DNA from: Takakia lepidozioides
Lineage: Eukaryota; Plantae; Bryophyta
Assembly (NCBI GenBank): GCA_030704615.1
Contig: CM060733.1
Span: forward strand, 9,052,001-9,116,000
Direction of reading: 5' to 3'
Length of the DNA stretch: 64,000 nt
Numbering within the stretch: the stretch's first letter is position 1; each line of letters begins with the position of its first letter. The position numbers and the translations under genes were made by a program. A model generated the notes under the pieces. It worked only from the letters and a program-made list of their open reading frames with translations, searched no databases and was not told the origin of the DNA. Below, one piece after another: positions 1-12,995 of the stretch.

Positions 1-9
1 TTGAAGTTT

Positions 10-470
10 TTGAAAATGAAGCGACCGCCTATGTTGGCGGTCACTTATTTATTTTAAAGTTCTTGAAAATGCAGCGACCGCCTATGTTGGCGGTCGTTTT
101 TTTTTTTTAAATGTTTTGAAAATGAAGCGACCGCCTATGCTGGCGATCGCTTATTTATTTTATTTTATTTTATAATGTAGCGACCGCCTATGTTGGCGGT
201 CGGTTTTTTTGTTTTAAAGTTTTTGAAAATGCAACGACCGCCTATGTTGGCGGTCGCTTATTTATTTTAAATGTTTTGAAAATGAAGTGAACGCCTATGC
301 TGGCGGTCGCTTATTTATTTTAAATTGTTTTTAAATGAATCGACCGCCTATGTTGGCAGTCGCTTATTTTTTTTATTTCTGGAAAATGGAGCGACTGCCT
401 GTTCTGGCAGTCGTTTTTTTTTTTTTTTTTTTCCGGAAAATGGAGCGACCGCCAAGTTGGGGGTCGCTTC
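10..470. repeat. Tandem array of ~53-bp units, each with a GCGACCGCC-N6-GGCGGTCGC palindrome (9 copies; may extend left of the window)
   Basis: Palindrome cores start near 21, 74, 127, 180, 234, 287, 340, 391 and 445, separated by similar A/T-rich linkers (ttatttattttaaa...ttttgaaaatg). Confidence 0.93.
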
Positions 471-857
471 TAGAAGATTCGCCCTGCACGTGGCCCGAGA
501 AATGATGGCGGGGGGGGGGGGGGGGGGGGGGGATATATAAGCCAAGGGTAGCTTATTCTCACGTCACTTGCACTCCACACAACTTCTGTGTGCGTGGCAT
601 TTCATTATTCCACGACACGTAGTCACGTGCAGAAGGAGGTCATTGGTTGGGTGGGGGGTATTTTTTCCCGCGATCTCTGTGAGGTCGTTGCAGAGTTGCT
701 CCCATAGGCCCTCCTCTGGCTTCCAGGATCATTTTATTCTACAAAATTAGCTTTTAGGAACTATTTTGACACCTACTCAAACCTACTTAACGAATGAAGG
801 GTTTAGAGTTACGTCCTTTTAGAAAACCTTGTTTAGTGTTGTTTCGATTGTTGTAGA

Positions 858-2606
858 ATGACAAAGGGCCAGGACAATGACCGTCATGGAAGAGATGATT
901 CCAATGAACATAGACCGCCCCCTAAGAAAATCAAAGGGTCAAGGCAAGACTTGAATTGTGAAGTATTTGGTGACCCTAGCATACTAGCAGAAGAGGGCTG
1001 GGAGAATGTTCCAGAAGAGTTCCAGTGGCCGATGGCGAGATGTAAAAAAATCGTGAAATGGTACCACATCAATCGATTGTGGCCTTTGGATAGGCATGAC
1101 GTGCAAACCAGAAACAATTACGCAGAGTCCAGGTCTTGCACGAACTTGCATTTTCAGCATAAGGCGAATGAGATGCATTGCACATTGTGGGGTCAACATC
1201 TCTTACAGGGTCAAATCCCGTACACCTTGGCAGCCATGTTGTACGTGGAGGTCATACTCTTGCGTCCAGTGAATTGACAAACTGCTAGTAAGAGGAACGC
1301 AAGGTTGCTATACGATTTGGAGTACATCCCGGACACGTTCGGAATACAACCGGCTGCAACGTTAGAGGAATAACTAGCGGAAAGAGACCAGCGAATCAGG
1401 ACCCTGCAGGACCGACTAGACTGGCAAACATTGCGCATAGCCGAGTTGGAAGCTAGATTGCAAGACATGCCTCCAAACAATGAAGGCAATGTTGTCCACA
1501 ATGAGGATCGAACAAACGTCGTGGACATGGATGCGGAGTTTGCGATGCCCGATCGTAGTATTGACCTCATCATTCAGGAAGTTACGGACGTCCTTGACCT
1601 TGTGGCCGATGAAACCATGGTTGAGGAACAACGAATTGCGGATGAAAGAATGAGGAAAGGAAAAGAACCAGTACTGGAAACCGGGGAATGCTCGAGGGTC
1701 GCCATTCAATCGGAGATGAACCCGATATTATATGTCGATCGCGTTACAAAGGAGCGGGACATTGTCATGGCAACTGCATAGCGCTTGTCTAAAACGCTGG
1801 AGATTCAGGCATGGGTCCCATTGAATGGTGATTGGGAGAATTGGGTACAATGGACGACCCATTTGGCCTGCAGAGAAGCACGGGTAGAGCGGGCACTGTC
1901 AGGCTTGCAACGTGTCGCACGTATGTCGAACCGTAGCATGGATAGCATTTATGCCAACATGCAAAGGTATAACGATCTCCGCATCGCATCAAGCGTGTTC
2001 GCCGGGTATACCAATTGGGCAGATGTGGATTCTATGTTCGATCGATGTGAGCACAGAATTTCGGGGTCGAACAGAAGCATAAACTGGAAAATGGAGATAG
2101 AGGAAGAGAGTGACATCACAACAAGGATGACCAGCCACATCAAACCGGCCCAGAAGGAGGAGATACCACGAGGCGTTTTGCCGTCATGGATATCAGATGG
2201 CACAGTTTGTTCGATGTGTAGGAATCCATACGGCCCAGAGGGATGTCATGTGCTTGGATCATGTGGACATATGTTCCATCTCACATGTCTTATCCCGCAA
2301 GCATTGCGGAAGAGCGCTTGCCCAGAATGCCGTACACCAATCCATCGCTGTTTCTATGAGCTGGTGGGCTTAGAGGATCGGATGCCCATAGGTTTTGAAT
2401 ACAATCGACACAACCTCCCATTAGATGGGCTACCATACAAATTTCTGAATTGGGTGCATTGGGGCAAGAACTTGGTGTGGGATGCAAACGGAGAGATGCA
2501 TGGCATACATGCCGGAAACCCGGCATACATCAAAGATCCCCAGTATTTATGGGTCACATCTGACTGGGAGATAACCATACGTGCGGGAGGTATTCGAGAT
2601 TGGTGG
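858..2606 (+). pseudogene. Intronless RING-H2 finger protein pseudogene, 5' part
   Basis: ORFs 858, 1431 and 1785 share one frame, separated by single stops (about 1275, 1371, 1779). Contains a coiled-coil-like stretch and the RING motif CSMC...CGHMFHLTC...CPEC. Cut at 2606 by an LTR. Confidence 0.8.
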
Positions 2607-3319
2607 TGTCGCGCACCTCACTTCGGTAAGCTCCCCTTCAAGTTAGAGTTACTCGTTTGATGCGCGCGCCTAACTCCCAAACTGGCCGCCGGGCCAACTC
2701 GGAGCTTCGGCTGCTCACCGGGGCATAATGGTCCCCCTTTACTCCTCCACTAGACCCTCTCACAATTTGGGCCTAGTGGAAATTCCCTTTGGTCGATGGC
2801 AGTCCGGAATAGCTCCCCACGCCTTGGTCGCTTTCCGGCTCGCACGCTTACTCACTAGTTTTTGGACACCAACGGGCTTGCACCGTTCTCGGGGTTACTA
2901 CTCCCTATATATACTTTTGTGATTGTCCGCGGGGGTTTCACAAACAACACCACCATTTTATGGCGAACCACCACGAAAACCCTCGATTCCCGGTGAGTCT
3001 TAGCCCACCCGCCACGGTCCCCTTGGACCGTGATGAGTCCCAAGACTCCCCACGACTCCGATCACAAGGTCTCCGCCCCCATGGTGAGTCCTATGCCACC
3101 CCCACTAAGTCCCACTAAGCTACCACCAACCCTTGTGGAGCCACCCCCACTGCAACCCGGTGTGCGGGGCTCCACCTAGCGAGTGCCTCCGCCTCCTCGA
3201 GTGCCTTGGGCACTCGAGGTTGCTTCAGCCCCCCGTACCTATTGCTGCCACCGCCCCCACCACAAGGGGCAGCCCCTCTGCGACCCGACCCCCTGCCCTC
3301 AAGGCAAAGGGCCGCGACA
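2607..3319 (-). repeat. 3' LTR of chromovirus copy 1
   Basis: TGTCGCGCAC...GCCGCGACA; near-identical to 8841-9567, with mostly C/T differences and a ~13-bp indel. Confidence 0.95.
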
Positions 3320-4223
3320 CACACCCTACCAACAGGGAGTCGATGTCCTCATCGACTTGTCCATTTTGTAGAAACGAACATCCAAGTTGTGGCGTCCCAC
3401 ATCAAGGAGTTTGTTTCCGCACCATGGCGTCCCATGGCTAAGAATCAAACCCCCACTTGACTCTTCTCTCCACTAGCTAGTTCGGCCGACTTCCTCCAAG
3501 TCCCGGCCAAGGGTGGAGCATCTCAAGCTCCACCCAGTGCACTCTTTTTGACCCACTTCAGGGCCAAGGATTGATCCTCCCCGAGGATCGAATCGCCTTA
3601 CTGCAACAACATTTGCTTACGACCGCTCGAGTTGTCGCTTTTGGCACCACCTTGAGCAAGGGTTTGCCTTGAACCCTTTTTGACTAGGAAGATAACCTTG
3701 AACCAACTGTGCGCCTCAATCACTACAATTGGGTCCGCTTTGGAATGATGGCCTGAGGTACGGGAACACGCCGAAGCCGCACTATGACTTCGTCCCGAGG
3801 CTATACGATTATAGTACGTGAACGGAAGCACGTAGCTTCCGCATTAGCCCGCACTACAAGGCAACCCCCTCGATAGCGCAGTTATAGTACGCGCACGCGC
3901 CAGGTGCGCACTAGCACGTGAACTCCCAACGAAGGTGCAAGTTTCCTTGCCCCTTGGGTGGGAGTCACCCGATTTCGGCACTACACAAACACACGATTAA
4001 TCCAATTTACCTCTCCCACTTTGTAAGCTTAGCATGCATTCTACACACTAGCCAACCATACCATGCATCACCATTCCAAACAAAATAGGACGCACAACAT
4101 TTGGAAACCATTTCTTTTATAACAAAATTTGTACAATACAAGTTTTTGCAATTGGATTCCTGAGCTAGCTAAGCCGGGCTATGCATGCATTTCCTCCCCC
4201 ACGCTCTAAGGTTGATGTCCCCA

Positions 4224-7200
4224 TCAACGCTTCTTCCGCTTTTGAGGTCGCCCTTTGAAAGCTGCAACCGCCTCGGATGTGTTTCCCATTTCTGAGGCAC
4301 GCACCCAAGATGCCTCCACATGATGAAAACCCTTCCATTTCACGAGATACCCCGTTTCTCGATTCTTGAACCTCCTCGACTTAAGCACTGCCTCCACCTC
4401 GTACTCAGGTTCATTTTCATGATCCAACAGCACAGGTGGCGGGCGCAACACTTGAGGCCGATTCGGACGCGCTTCATCTTTGAAGTAAGGCTTCAAAAGG
4501 GAGACGTGGAATACCGGATGCACCTTGCTGTTTGCCGGCAGCTCCAATTCATACACATCCTCATTCATAACCTTCCGGATGCGAAAGGGTCCCGCATACG
4601 GAGGTACAAACTTCGGACTCACTTCCGGAGGTAGTCAAATTTTTTTGATGTTCAACCAGACCTCCGTGCCTGCCTCAAACTTAACCTCCCTCCGCTTCCG
4701 ATTCGCCTGCCGTTCATACCATTTCCTAGCTTTGGCAATGTTGTACTTTGCGAGCTTCAACAAACACTCGCATTCTTCCAGCACTGCCCCTGCTGCCGGT
4801 TCCTCAAGGTCTTGGGCGGCCCAACTTGTCGGCACCAGAGGTGCTTTTCCATAGGCCAATACGAAAGGGGAAACTCCTGTTGCGGAATGTTTTGTGTTAT
4901 TATAATAGAACTCTGCCGCATCAAGTGCTCCACCCAGTCCGATTGGTCTGCCGACACATAATTCCGCAAGATCTGCTTCACCACGGAATTCACCCTTTCT
5001 GTTTGGCCGGCCGTTGTAGGTCGGAAGGCGGTGCTCATTTTGAGCCTCGTCCCCATTTTCTTCCAAAGTACCCTCCAAAATTTACTAGTAAACTTTGGAT
5101 TGCGGTCCGAGACAATATCCTTCGGAAGTCCATGATGCTTGAAGACGTGGGCGAAGTAAAGTCCCCCCGTCTCCTGCGCCGTTGCCGTCTCCTTGGTGGG
5201 GATGAAATGACCCATTTTACTGAACCTATCCACCACCACCATGATTGCGTCGAATCATTTTGACAGCGGCATAACAGTCATGAAGTCCATCGAGACACTT
5301 TCCCAAGACCCCTCTGGAATCGGCAAGGGTTGTAACAGCCCCGCTTGCTTTTTATACTCGCTCCGGTTTTGTTGGCATGTGGTGCATGTCTTGACATACT
5401 CCTCGGCCTCCTCCCTCAGTTTGGGCCAGAAATACTCTTTCTTCAGGAGTGCCGCGGTGCGCTTGGCTCCGCCGTGGCCCGCAAGCGGGCCATCATGGCA
5501 TTCTCTCAAGAGACTATCTCTGATCCCTCCCATTGGCACATAGAGACGTTTTTGCTTATACCGGAGCAGTCCATTTTGCAAGTGGAACTGCGATTTAACC
5601 CCCATCCTCAAGTCCCGCGTCACGGACTTTGCCATCTCATCCTTCCGGTAAGCCTTCCGGAGCTTCCTTTGGAGCATCGTCTCGCCCCTGTACACCATCA
5701 TGAGCTGCTGCTTTCTACTTAAAGCATCGGCCACCACATTGTCCCGTCCCGGTTGGTACTGGATATCCACATCGAATAGTGCCAAAGTGTCTTGCCACCT
5801 AATTTGTTTTGGGGACAACTTAGGCTGCGTGGCAAAATACTTCACTGTGACATTGTCCGTGAACACCTTCACCGGGTTGGAGCCAATATAGTGGCGCCAA
5901 AGCTCAAGGCAATGCACCACCGCCTTCATTTCTTTCTCGTGCGTTGGCCACCGCCGCTCCACTTCATTCAGTTTCTTACTTTCGTAAGCCACCGGACGTC
6001 CCTTCCTGCATGAGTACACCTCCAATCGCGAAGTTCGATGCATCCGTATGAATCTCAAATGGGCGGTCGAACTCCGGGATTTTCAGGACTGGAGCTTCCG
6101 CCATCCGCTGCTTCAACTCGGCAAAAGCTTGGGCCACAAAAGGTGTTCCATACCCAGACTTTGGATTTACACAGGAGGTCTGACAGCGGCCCCGCGATCT
6201 TGGCGAAATTTCTCACATACTTTCGGTAATAGGAGGCGAGTCCTAAGAAGGATCGCACTCCTGGGATCGAAGTCGGAGGCTCCTAGTCCAAGATTGCTCT
6301 CACCTTTCTGTCATCCATTTTGATCCCATCCTGTGTAATCACATGCCCCAAGAACTCCACTTTTGTGACCCCGAATTCGTACTTTGAAGCTTTGGCATAC
6401 AGCTTCCCTTCCCGTAATTTCGGGAACACCCTTTTGAGATGCTCCAGGTGCTCTTCCTTTGTTTTCGAGTACACCAAGATGTCGTCGATGTACACGATCA
6501 CAAAGTCGTCCAACCACTCCTAGAAAAGGCTGTTCATTAGCATGCTAAAGGTTGCGCGTGCGTTGGTGAGCCCAAAGGGCATCACCAAGAACTCATAGGA
6601 ACCATACCTTGTCCTGCACGCGGTCTTTTCCTCATCTCCTTCCGCCACTCGAATTTGATGATATCCGGAGCGCAAATCGATCCGGCTGAAATACTTCGCT
6701 CCTACCAACCGATCGAAGAGGTCATCGATCCTTGGCAAAGAGTATCGGTTTTTGATAGTCACGTTATTCAGAGCCCTGTAATCGACACACATTCGCAATG
6801 TCCCATCCTTCTTGTCTGCGAATAGCACCGGGGCTCCGTAAGGTGACTTACTCGGCCGGATGTACCCCTTTGACATTAGATCCTTGAACTGAGTCTTTAG
6901 CTCGACCAACTCTCTGTGGCTCAACCGGTAGGGTGCCTTGGCAGGCGGCTCCGATCCCGGTATCATCTCAATTTTGTGGTCAACTCCTCTTCGCGGTGGC
7001 AAGCCGCTTGGTAAATCCTCCGGCATCACATCCTGATATTTCTCCAAAATCCCGTTGATCCAATCTGGGCTCGGCTCCCCATCGCATTTTTCCTTCACTT
7101 GTCTTACGTAAAGCAAAAATTGGGGCTCGTGTGGCTCCTCCACGGCCCACTCCCTTGCTGACAGAAGGTTTATTCGCCCTCCCACGGGGTTGGGCATTTC

Positions 7201-7841
7201 CGACACTCGTAAAACTTCGCCACCATTACACACGGTAGCGTGACTACTCTTTTGCGGCCATCTATGACCGCTCCGGATCTGCTCAAAAATGTCATCCCCA
7301 AAATGAGATCCACTCCATCGATCTCGCAAATGGTGAAGTTCTCACGTCCCTCCCAACTCCCGAACTGAAGAGGAACATCGAACGCCAACCTCGTCGCCAA
7401 TTGTGGTTCTCCTTTAGCAGAACGCACCTCAATTGAGGCCCCCACATCACTTGTCGGGAGTCCCAGCTTTCGTACCGTTGCCGGTGTCATGAAGGAGTGC
7501 GACGCTTCTGTGTCCACCAACAGCGATACGTTAGTTCCGGAGATTATCCCACTCACAAACATTAACTGACTCCATTTACACAAGGCACCAGTTTCCTGAT
7601 ACAACTCACAAGAGTAGTTGCCTACCTTGCAAGTCTTGGCGACCACCGCTTCCACCAAGCGGCTGATGGAGGCTTCGGATAACTCCGTGGTTGCCCGAGT
7701 CATGTTCAATTGTCGGGGATTCATACACTTCTTGGCCATGTGCCCGGGCTCCCCGCAGCTAAAGCACACTCCATCGAAGGTCGCCTTCTGTCCGCCATAA
7801 GCCGCCGCACCTGGTTTTCCTTTCAGGGCACCGGGTGTCAT
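4224..7841 (-). pseudogene. pol of chromovirus copy 1: Zn knuckle, protease, RT, RNase H, integrase, chromodomain (frameshifted, with stops)
   Basis: CFSCGEPGHMAKKC; LVDTEASHSF (DTG mutated); YIDDILVYS; CHDGPLAGH...CTTC; SMDF, IVSDR and GQTER catalytic motifs; PYAGPF; EYEVEAVL...YLVKWKG chromodomain. Confidence 0.93.
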
Positions 7842-8785
7842 CTTGACGTGTGAGGGCCCTCCCTTTGATTTCCATGTGTCATTGTTGCCGCGTGGCCTAT
7901 CCCACTTCTTTTCCGGTCGGAAGGAGTCACTTCCCGCCGGACCTTCTTGTGGTTCAGCTCCGTACGGCCTTGTCTTTCGCCCCTAGGGACATCCGAGAAA
8001 CATTCAGCCCTTTCAATTGCCTCGTTCAAAGTCTTAGGTGGCTTCTCCTCCAACTTCCGTTTGGCCCATGGGGCTAGTCCCGCCACAAAGTTGAAGACCA
8101 TTTCTAGTTCTGCCATGTCCGCGACTTCGAGCAACAGCACATTGAAAGCCTGAACATATCCCCGAATGTCATCCGTTTGCTTTAAATTCCTCATCTTGTT
8201 CCGGACGAGCCAGGACACGTTGAGGGGCACAAACTGTCTCTTCATGAGTTCCTTGAACCCACTCCAGTTCAAGGTCTCCGGGTTTGGACCTCGGTCGTGA
8301 AGGCGTTTCTGCCACCATTGTTGAGCATAGCCCCTCAAATAGGTGGGAGCCACTTCCACCCGATCCTCGTCATCCAACTTGGCCGCCCGGAAGTACTGCT
8401 CTAGCTCCAAGAGCCAGGTGTTGAGTGCCTTCCGATTTTGGACGCCCTCAAAGGTGTCGGGTTCCTTAGGCTTCACCTTAAACTTTGCCTTAGTGGAAGT
8501 GGCATTAGTCGCCTTCAACACGTCTTTCAACGTCCCACCAAACTGCGCCAACAACCCTTCCCAAAGGGCTACTGGCATGGGAGGCATCTGTTGGTCTGTC
8601 GGAGCTCTCAGGGATTCCTCGGGCTCCGACTCCTCAGATTCCTCCCGTCCTTGAGCGGCCTTGCTTCCAAAGGCATGCATCGCTTCCTCTAATGGCCGCT
8701 TCGGTGACACGTCGCCCCCATCGGGCTCACCAGGATCATCATCTTTCGGGCCGTTCCGCTTTCGCTTTGGCTTGCCCGACCCCAT
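7838..8785 (-). pseudogene. gag of chromovirus copy 1
   Basis: KPKEPDTFEG...WLLELEQYF...YLRGYAQQWW retrotransposon gag. A 1-nt lesion near 7930 separates it from the Zn knuckle. Confidence 0.9.
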
Positions 8786-8826
8786 GATGAGGTCGATCCC
8801 AAGGACGATCGCGTACTGAACTCTAA

Positions 8827-8838
8827 GCTCTGATACCA
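8827..8838 (-). promoter_or_regulatory. Primer binding site complementary to tRNA-iMet
   Basis: Minus strand reads TGGTATCAGAGC, 2 nt inside the 5' LTR. Confidence 0.93.
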
Positions 8839-8840
8839 AA

Positions 8841-9567
8841 TGTCGCGCACCTCACTTCGGTAAGCTCCCCTTCAAGTCAGAGTTACTCGCTTGATGCGCG
8901 CGCCTAACTCCCAAACTGGCCGCCGGGCCAACTCGGAGCTTCGGCTGCTCACCGGGGCATAACGGTCCCCCTTTACTCCTCCACTAGACCCTCTCCCAAT
9001 TTGGGCCTAGTGGAAATTCCCTTTGGTCGATGGCAGTCCGGAATAGCTCCCCACGCCTTGGTCGCTTTCCGGCTCGCACGCTTACCCACTAGTTTTGGAC
9101 ACCAACGGGCTTGCACCGTTCTCGGGGTTACTACTCCCTATATATATACTTTTGTGACTGTCCGCAGGGGTTTCACAAACAACACCACCATTTTATGGCG
9201 AACCACCACGAAAACCCTCGATTCCCGGTGATGAGTCGCGGTGAGTCTTGGCCCACCCACCACGGTCCCCTTGGACCGTGATGAGTCCCAAGACTCCCCA
9301 CGACTCCGACCACAAGGTCTCCGCCCCCATGGTGAGTCCTATGCCACCCCCACTAAGTCCCACTAAGCTACCACCATCCCTTGTGGAGCCACCCCCACCG
9401 CAACCCGGTGTGCGGGGCTCCACTTAGTGAGTGCCTCCGCCTCCTCGAGTGCCTTGGGCACTCGAGGTTGCTTCAGCCCCCCGTACCTATTGCTGCCACC
9501 GCCCCCACCACAAGGGGCAGCCCCTCTGCGACCCGACCCCCTGCCCTCAAGGCAAAGGGCCGTGACA
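8841..9567 (-). repeat. 5' LTR of chromovirus copy 1
   Basis: TGTCGCGCAC...GCCGTGACA; adjacent to the PBS. Confidence 0.95.
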
Positions 9568-9572
9568 GGTGA

Positions 9573-10045
9573 GTGAGAGAGCAGTTTTGCCGCAATCTGG
9601 GAGGGCATTGGAGTCAAAGAAGGTCCAGGTTTATCCGGCTCCCATAGGTTCCATGGGTGCCGGAGGATAACGAATTGTATGACCGACAATCGATTGGGAG
9701 ACATTTGTTGTTGTCCGAACTGGAAGATGCTATAATATGTCAACGCCGAATGAATTATTCGTACGAGGCGGCTTATCGTCGAAACGACACAGGGACAGGG
9801 CCCGCGAGAGGCAGTTGGAAAGTTTCAAAAGTACCATCAAGGCACTTGTAGAGAAATGGAGGCGATTATGGACAGACCGTTATCATCGTGTTTCGGGGGC
9901 TGTATTGCCGGATGTGGACGGCCTCGTTGCTGATTTGCATGCAGCCCGAGCACTTGTTCTCGATCCACCTCCGCCACGTCGTGAGAGTGAAGAAGAAAGT
10001 GTTCGCCGCAAAGTAGGCGGATGCAGGCCAGAATTGATCACATGA
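9573..10045 (+). pseudogene. 3' continuation of the RING-H2 pseudogene
   Basis: Removing the element plus one TSD copy restores the frame (..GIRDWWVREQFCRNLGGHWS..). One further stop follows, then a probable frameshift near 9790. Confidence 0.7.
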
Positions 10046-10587
10046 CATTGGGCCCCTCATTGACCACGAGATCACGGTCGCAAGCTCTAGCAATTGACAG
10101 TGCAAATCAGGCCACAGCATCAAATTTCACATCCTCGGACAGTGATGACTAGGCTTTTAATGACTGGCAGCGTAGTACATATACAATATGCATTTTTGTT
10201 GTATCTTGAATATTGTTGGAAAACACAGTGATGGCATTCCGCCAAGTTTGTATATCACCAATTTTGTTAATACACAATGCACATGTGCGGCACCTGACCA
10301 AAGTTTTCTTCACATTTACACTCGTGTGATGGGGAAGAAGTAGTTCACCCTGTAAACAAATTTACAATGGTGTCATATTTGGTCATGACGTGTATATGGG
10401 TATTTGCAATGAACTCCGAAAGCTGGAGAACAAGGAAAATTGATGTTAACAAATAAGTTATAACGAGTTACGAACGGTCCTCTTCCAAACAAATTTCGCC
10501 TGGTCCCTGCGTATTTCATAATCATTTCGCAAAATCTATGATCTTTCTACGTACATACCCACAAAGTTCTCAAAACACAAAATAATT

Positions 10588-12995
10588 TCGATTGATCTCA
10601 TATTACACTGGGACGTATCAAAGGGTACATTGAACACATTGGCCAAGTTTCAAAGCGAACAAAAATCATTTGGATGGGCAAACATCCGTTGGCCCATTGA
10701 ACGAATTTCGATTGATCTCATATTACTCTGGGGCCTCTTACATGGCACATTGAACATAGTGGCCAAGTCTCAAAGCGAACCAAAATCATTTCGATGGCTA
10801 ACCATCCGTTGAGCCATCGAATGAATTTTGATTGATCTGATATTAGTCCGGGACCTGTGAGAGGATGTCTGCTGGCAAAGTTTGGAAGCTAACAAAAATG
10901 ATTTGGATGGGCAACCATCCGTTCACCCGTTGAATGTATTTCTATTGGAGCTGCTATTGCTTTGGGACCTGTTGGATTGTCTTTCGCGTGCTCACGATTT
11001 TTTTGAATAGGGCGTGTAATGTAGCCATATGCAACGTGCGTGCCAAATTTGGGAGCGATCAAAATTCATTTGGACCCAAAACCACAGCTTATTCCCTGTT
11101 TTGCACTCCAAATTTGATTTGTGTTCTACTTCATGCACTCTTCATAGAGAGTTCTGCAATAGTGAGCGAAGAGAACACTTTTTTTTTGGGGCATTTTTGA
11201 TTGGTCCAAATTTTGGCGGGGGAATAGCCGTGGGATGGTGGAAGCCACAGAACAAAATTGAGCCAAAAACAAAATCGATACGTGCCAGAAACCCCCACTG
11301 AAAGGCAGTGCAAAACCTATTTATTGGCTTAAAATAATTTTAAATTCAATTAAATTGTGGAATGGCTTAAGGGGGGAGCGCGTCGATGGGGAGGCAAATG
11401 ATTAATTTGTCCGTTGTGTCTCTGCACATGTGTCGCACACATATTCAAGCACATGTGGGCAAAAGAGGGGGCTTCAACCACATCCGTTCAATGGGTGCAA
11501 TAGCCGTGCACGCATTGCAAGATTTCTTTTTCGCATTGAACAAAAACCAGATGACAAATGAACGCCTCATTGGACAATTGAACGATTTTTGATTGATCTC
11601 GTATTACACTGGGACATATCAAAGGGTACATTGAACACACTGGCCAAGTTTCAAAGCGAACAAAAATCAATTGGATGGGCAACCATCCGTTGGCCCATTG
11701 AACGAATTTCGATTGATCTCATATTACTCTGGGGCCTCTTACATGGCACATTGAACATAGTGGCCAAGTCTCAAAGTGAATCAAAATCATTTCGATGGCC
11801 AACCATCCGTTGAGCCATCGAATGAATTTCGATTGATCTGATATTAGTCCGGGACCTGTGAGAGGGTGTCTGGAACGTGTTGGCAAAGTTTGGAAGCTAA
11901 CAAAAATGATTTGGATGGGCAACCATCCGTTCACCCGTTGAATGTATTCTGTTGGAGCTGCTATTGCTTTGGGACCTGTTGGACTGTCTTTCGCGTGCTC
12001 ACGATTTTTTTGAATGGGGTGTATAATGTAGCCATATGCAACGTGCGTGCCAAATTTGGGAGCGATCAAAATTCATTTGGACCCAAAACCACAGTTTCTT
12101 CCCTGTTTTGCACTCCAAACTTGATTTGTGTTCTACTTCATGCACTCTTCATAGAGATTTCTACAATAATGAGCAAAGAAAACACTATTTTTTGGGGCAT
12201 TTTTTATGGTCCAAATTTTGGCGGGGGAGTAGCCGTGGGATGCTGGAAGCCGCAGAACAAAATTGAGCCAAAAACAAAATCGATACGTGCCAGAAACCTC
12301 CACTGAAAGGCAGTGCAAAACCTATTTATTGGCTTAAAATAATTTTAAATTCAATTAAATTATGGAATGGCTTAAGGGGGGAGCGCGTCGATGGGGAGGC
12401 AAATGATTAATTTGTCTGTTGTGTCTCTGCACATGTGTCGCACACATGTTCAAGCACATGCGGGCAAAAGAGGGGGCTTCAACCACATCCGTTCAATGGG
12501 TGCAATAGTCGTGCACGCATTGCAAGATTTCTTTTTCGCATTGAACAAAAACCAGATGACAAGTGAACGCCTCATTGGACAATCGAACGATTTTCGATTG
12601 ATCTCGTATTACACTGGGACGTATCAGATGGTACATTGAACACACTGGCCAAGTTTCAAAGCGAACAAAAATCATTTGGATGGGCAACCATCCGTTGGCC
12701 CATTGAACGAATTTCGATTGATCTCATATTACTCTGGGGCCTCTTACATGGCACATTGAACATAGTGGCCAAGTCTCAAAGCGAATCAAAATCATTTCGA
12801 TGGCCAACCATCCGTTGAGCCATCGAATAAATTTCGATAGATCTGATATTAGTCCGGGACCTGATATACGGTATGTTGAACATAGTGGCAAAGATTGAAA
12901 GCAAATGAAAATCATTTGGATGGGCAACCATTCAATCGCCCATTGAATGAATGGGGTTTCGTCTTCGATTATATTGGGACCTGTTACATGGTATG
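10588..12995. repeat. ~1.0-kb tandem repeat (~2.4 copies) with internal ~120-bp subrepeats
   Basis: GATTGATCTC.TATTACACTGGGAC recurs at ~10590, 11591 and 12596. Each unit opens with three ~120-bp subrepeats. Confidence 0.92.

Larger units (their letters stand above)
2607..9567 (-). mobile_element. Full-length, degenerate Ty3/Gypsy chromovirus LTR retrotransposon (Galadriel-like)
   Basis: Two TG...CA LTRs, a PBS, gag-PR-RT-RH-INT-chromodomain order, and a 5-bp TSD GGTGG (2602-2606) / GGTGA (9568-9572). The clade call rests on the iMet PBS and the RH motif VAYESKKL..ERRW..HEKEM. Confidence 0.95.

Noticed and set aside
10-470. CRISPR array
   Set aside because: The linkers are similar low-complexity A/T tracts rather than unique spacers, the context is eukaryotic, and there are no cas genes.
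2728-3460. ORFs inside LTRs and antisense to pol
   Set aside because: These are by-products of GC-rich LTR sequence and coding-strand bias.
7838-7935. Programmed gag/pol frameshift in the chromovirus
   Set aside because: Copy 2 has an extra base near 59357 that would keep gag and the Zn knuckle in one frame, so this is a lesion in copy 1.
10630-12927. Short repeated ORFs in the 1-kb repeat
   Set aside because: No recognisable motifs, and frames are not preserved between units.
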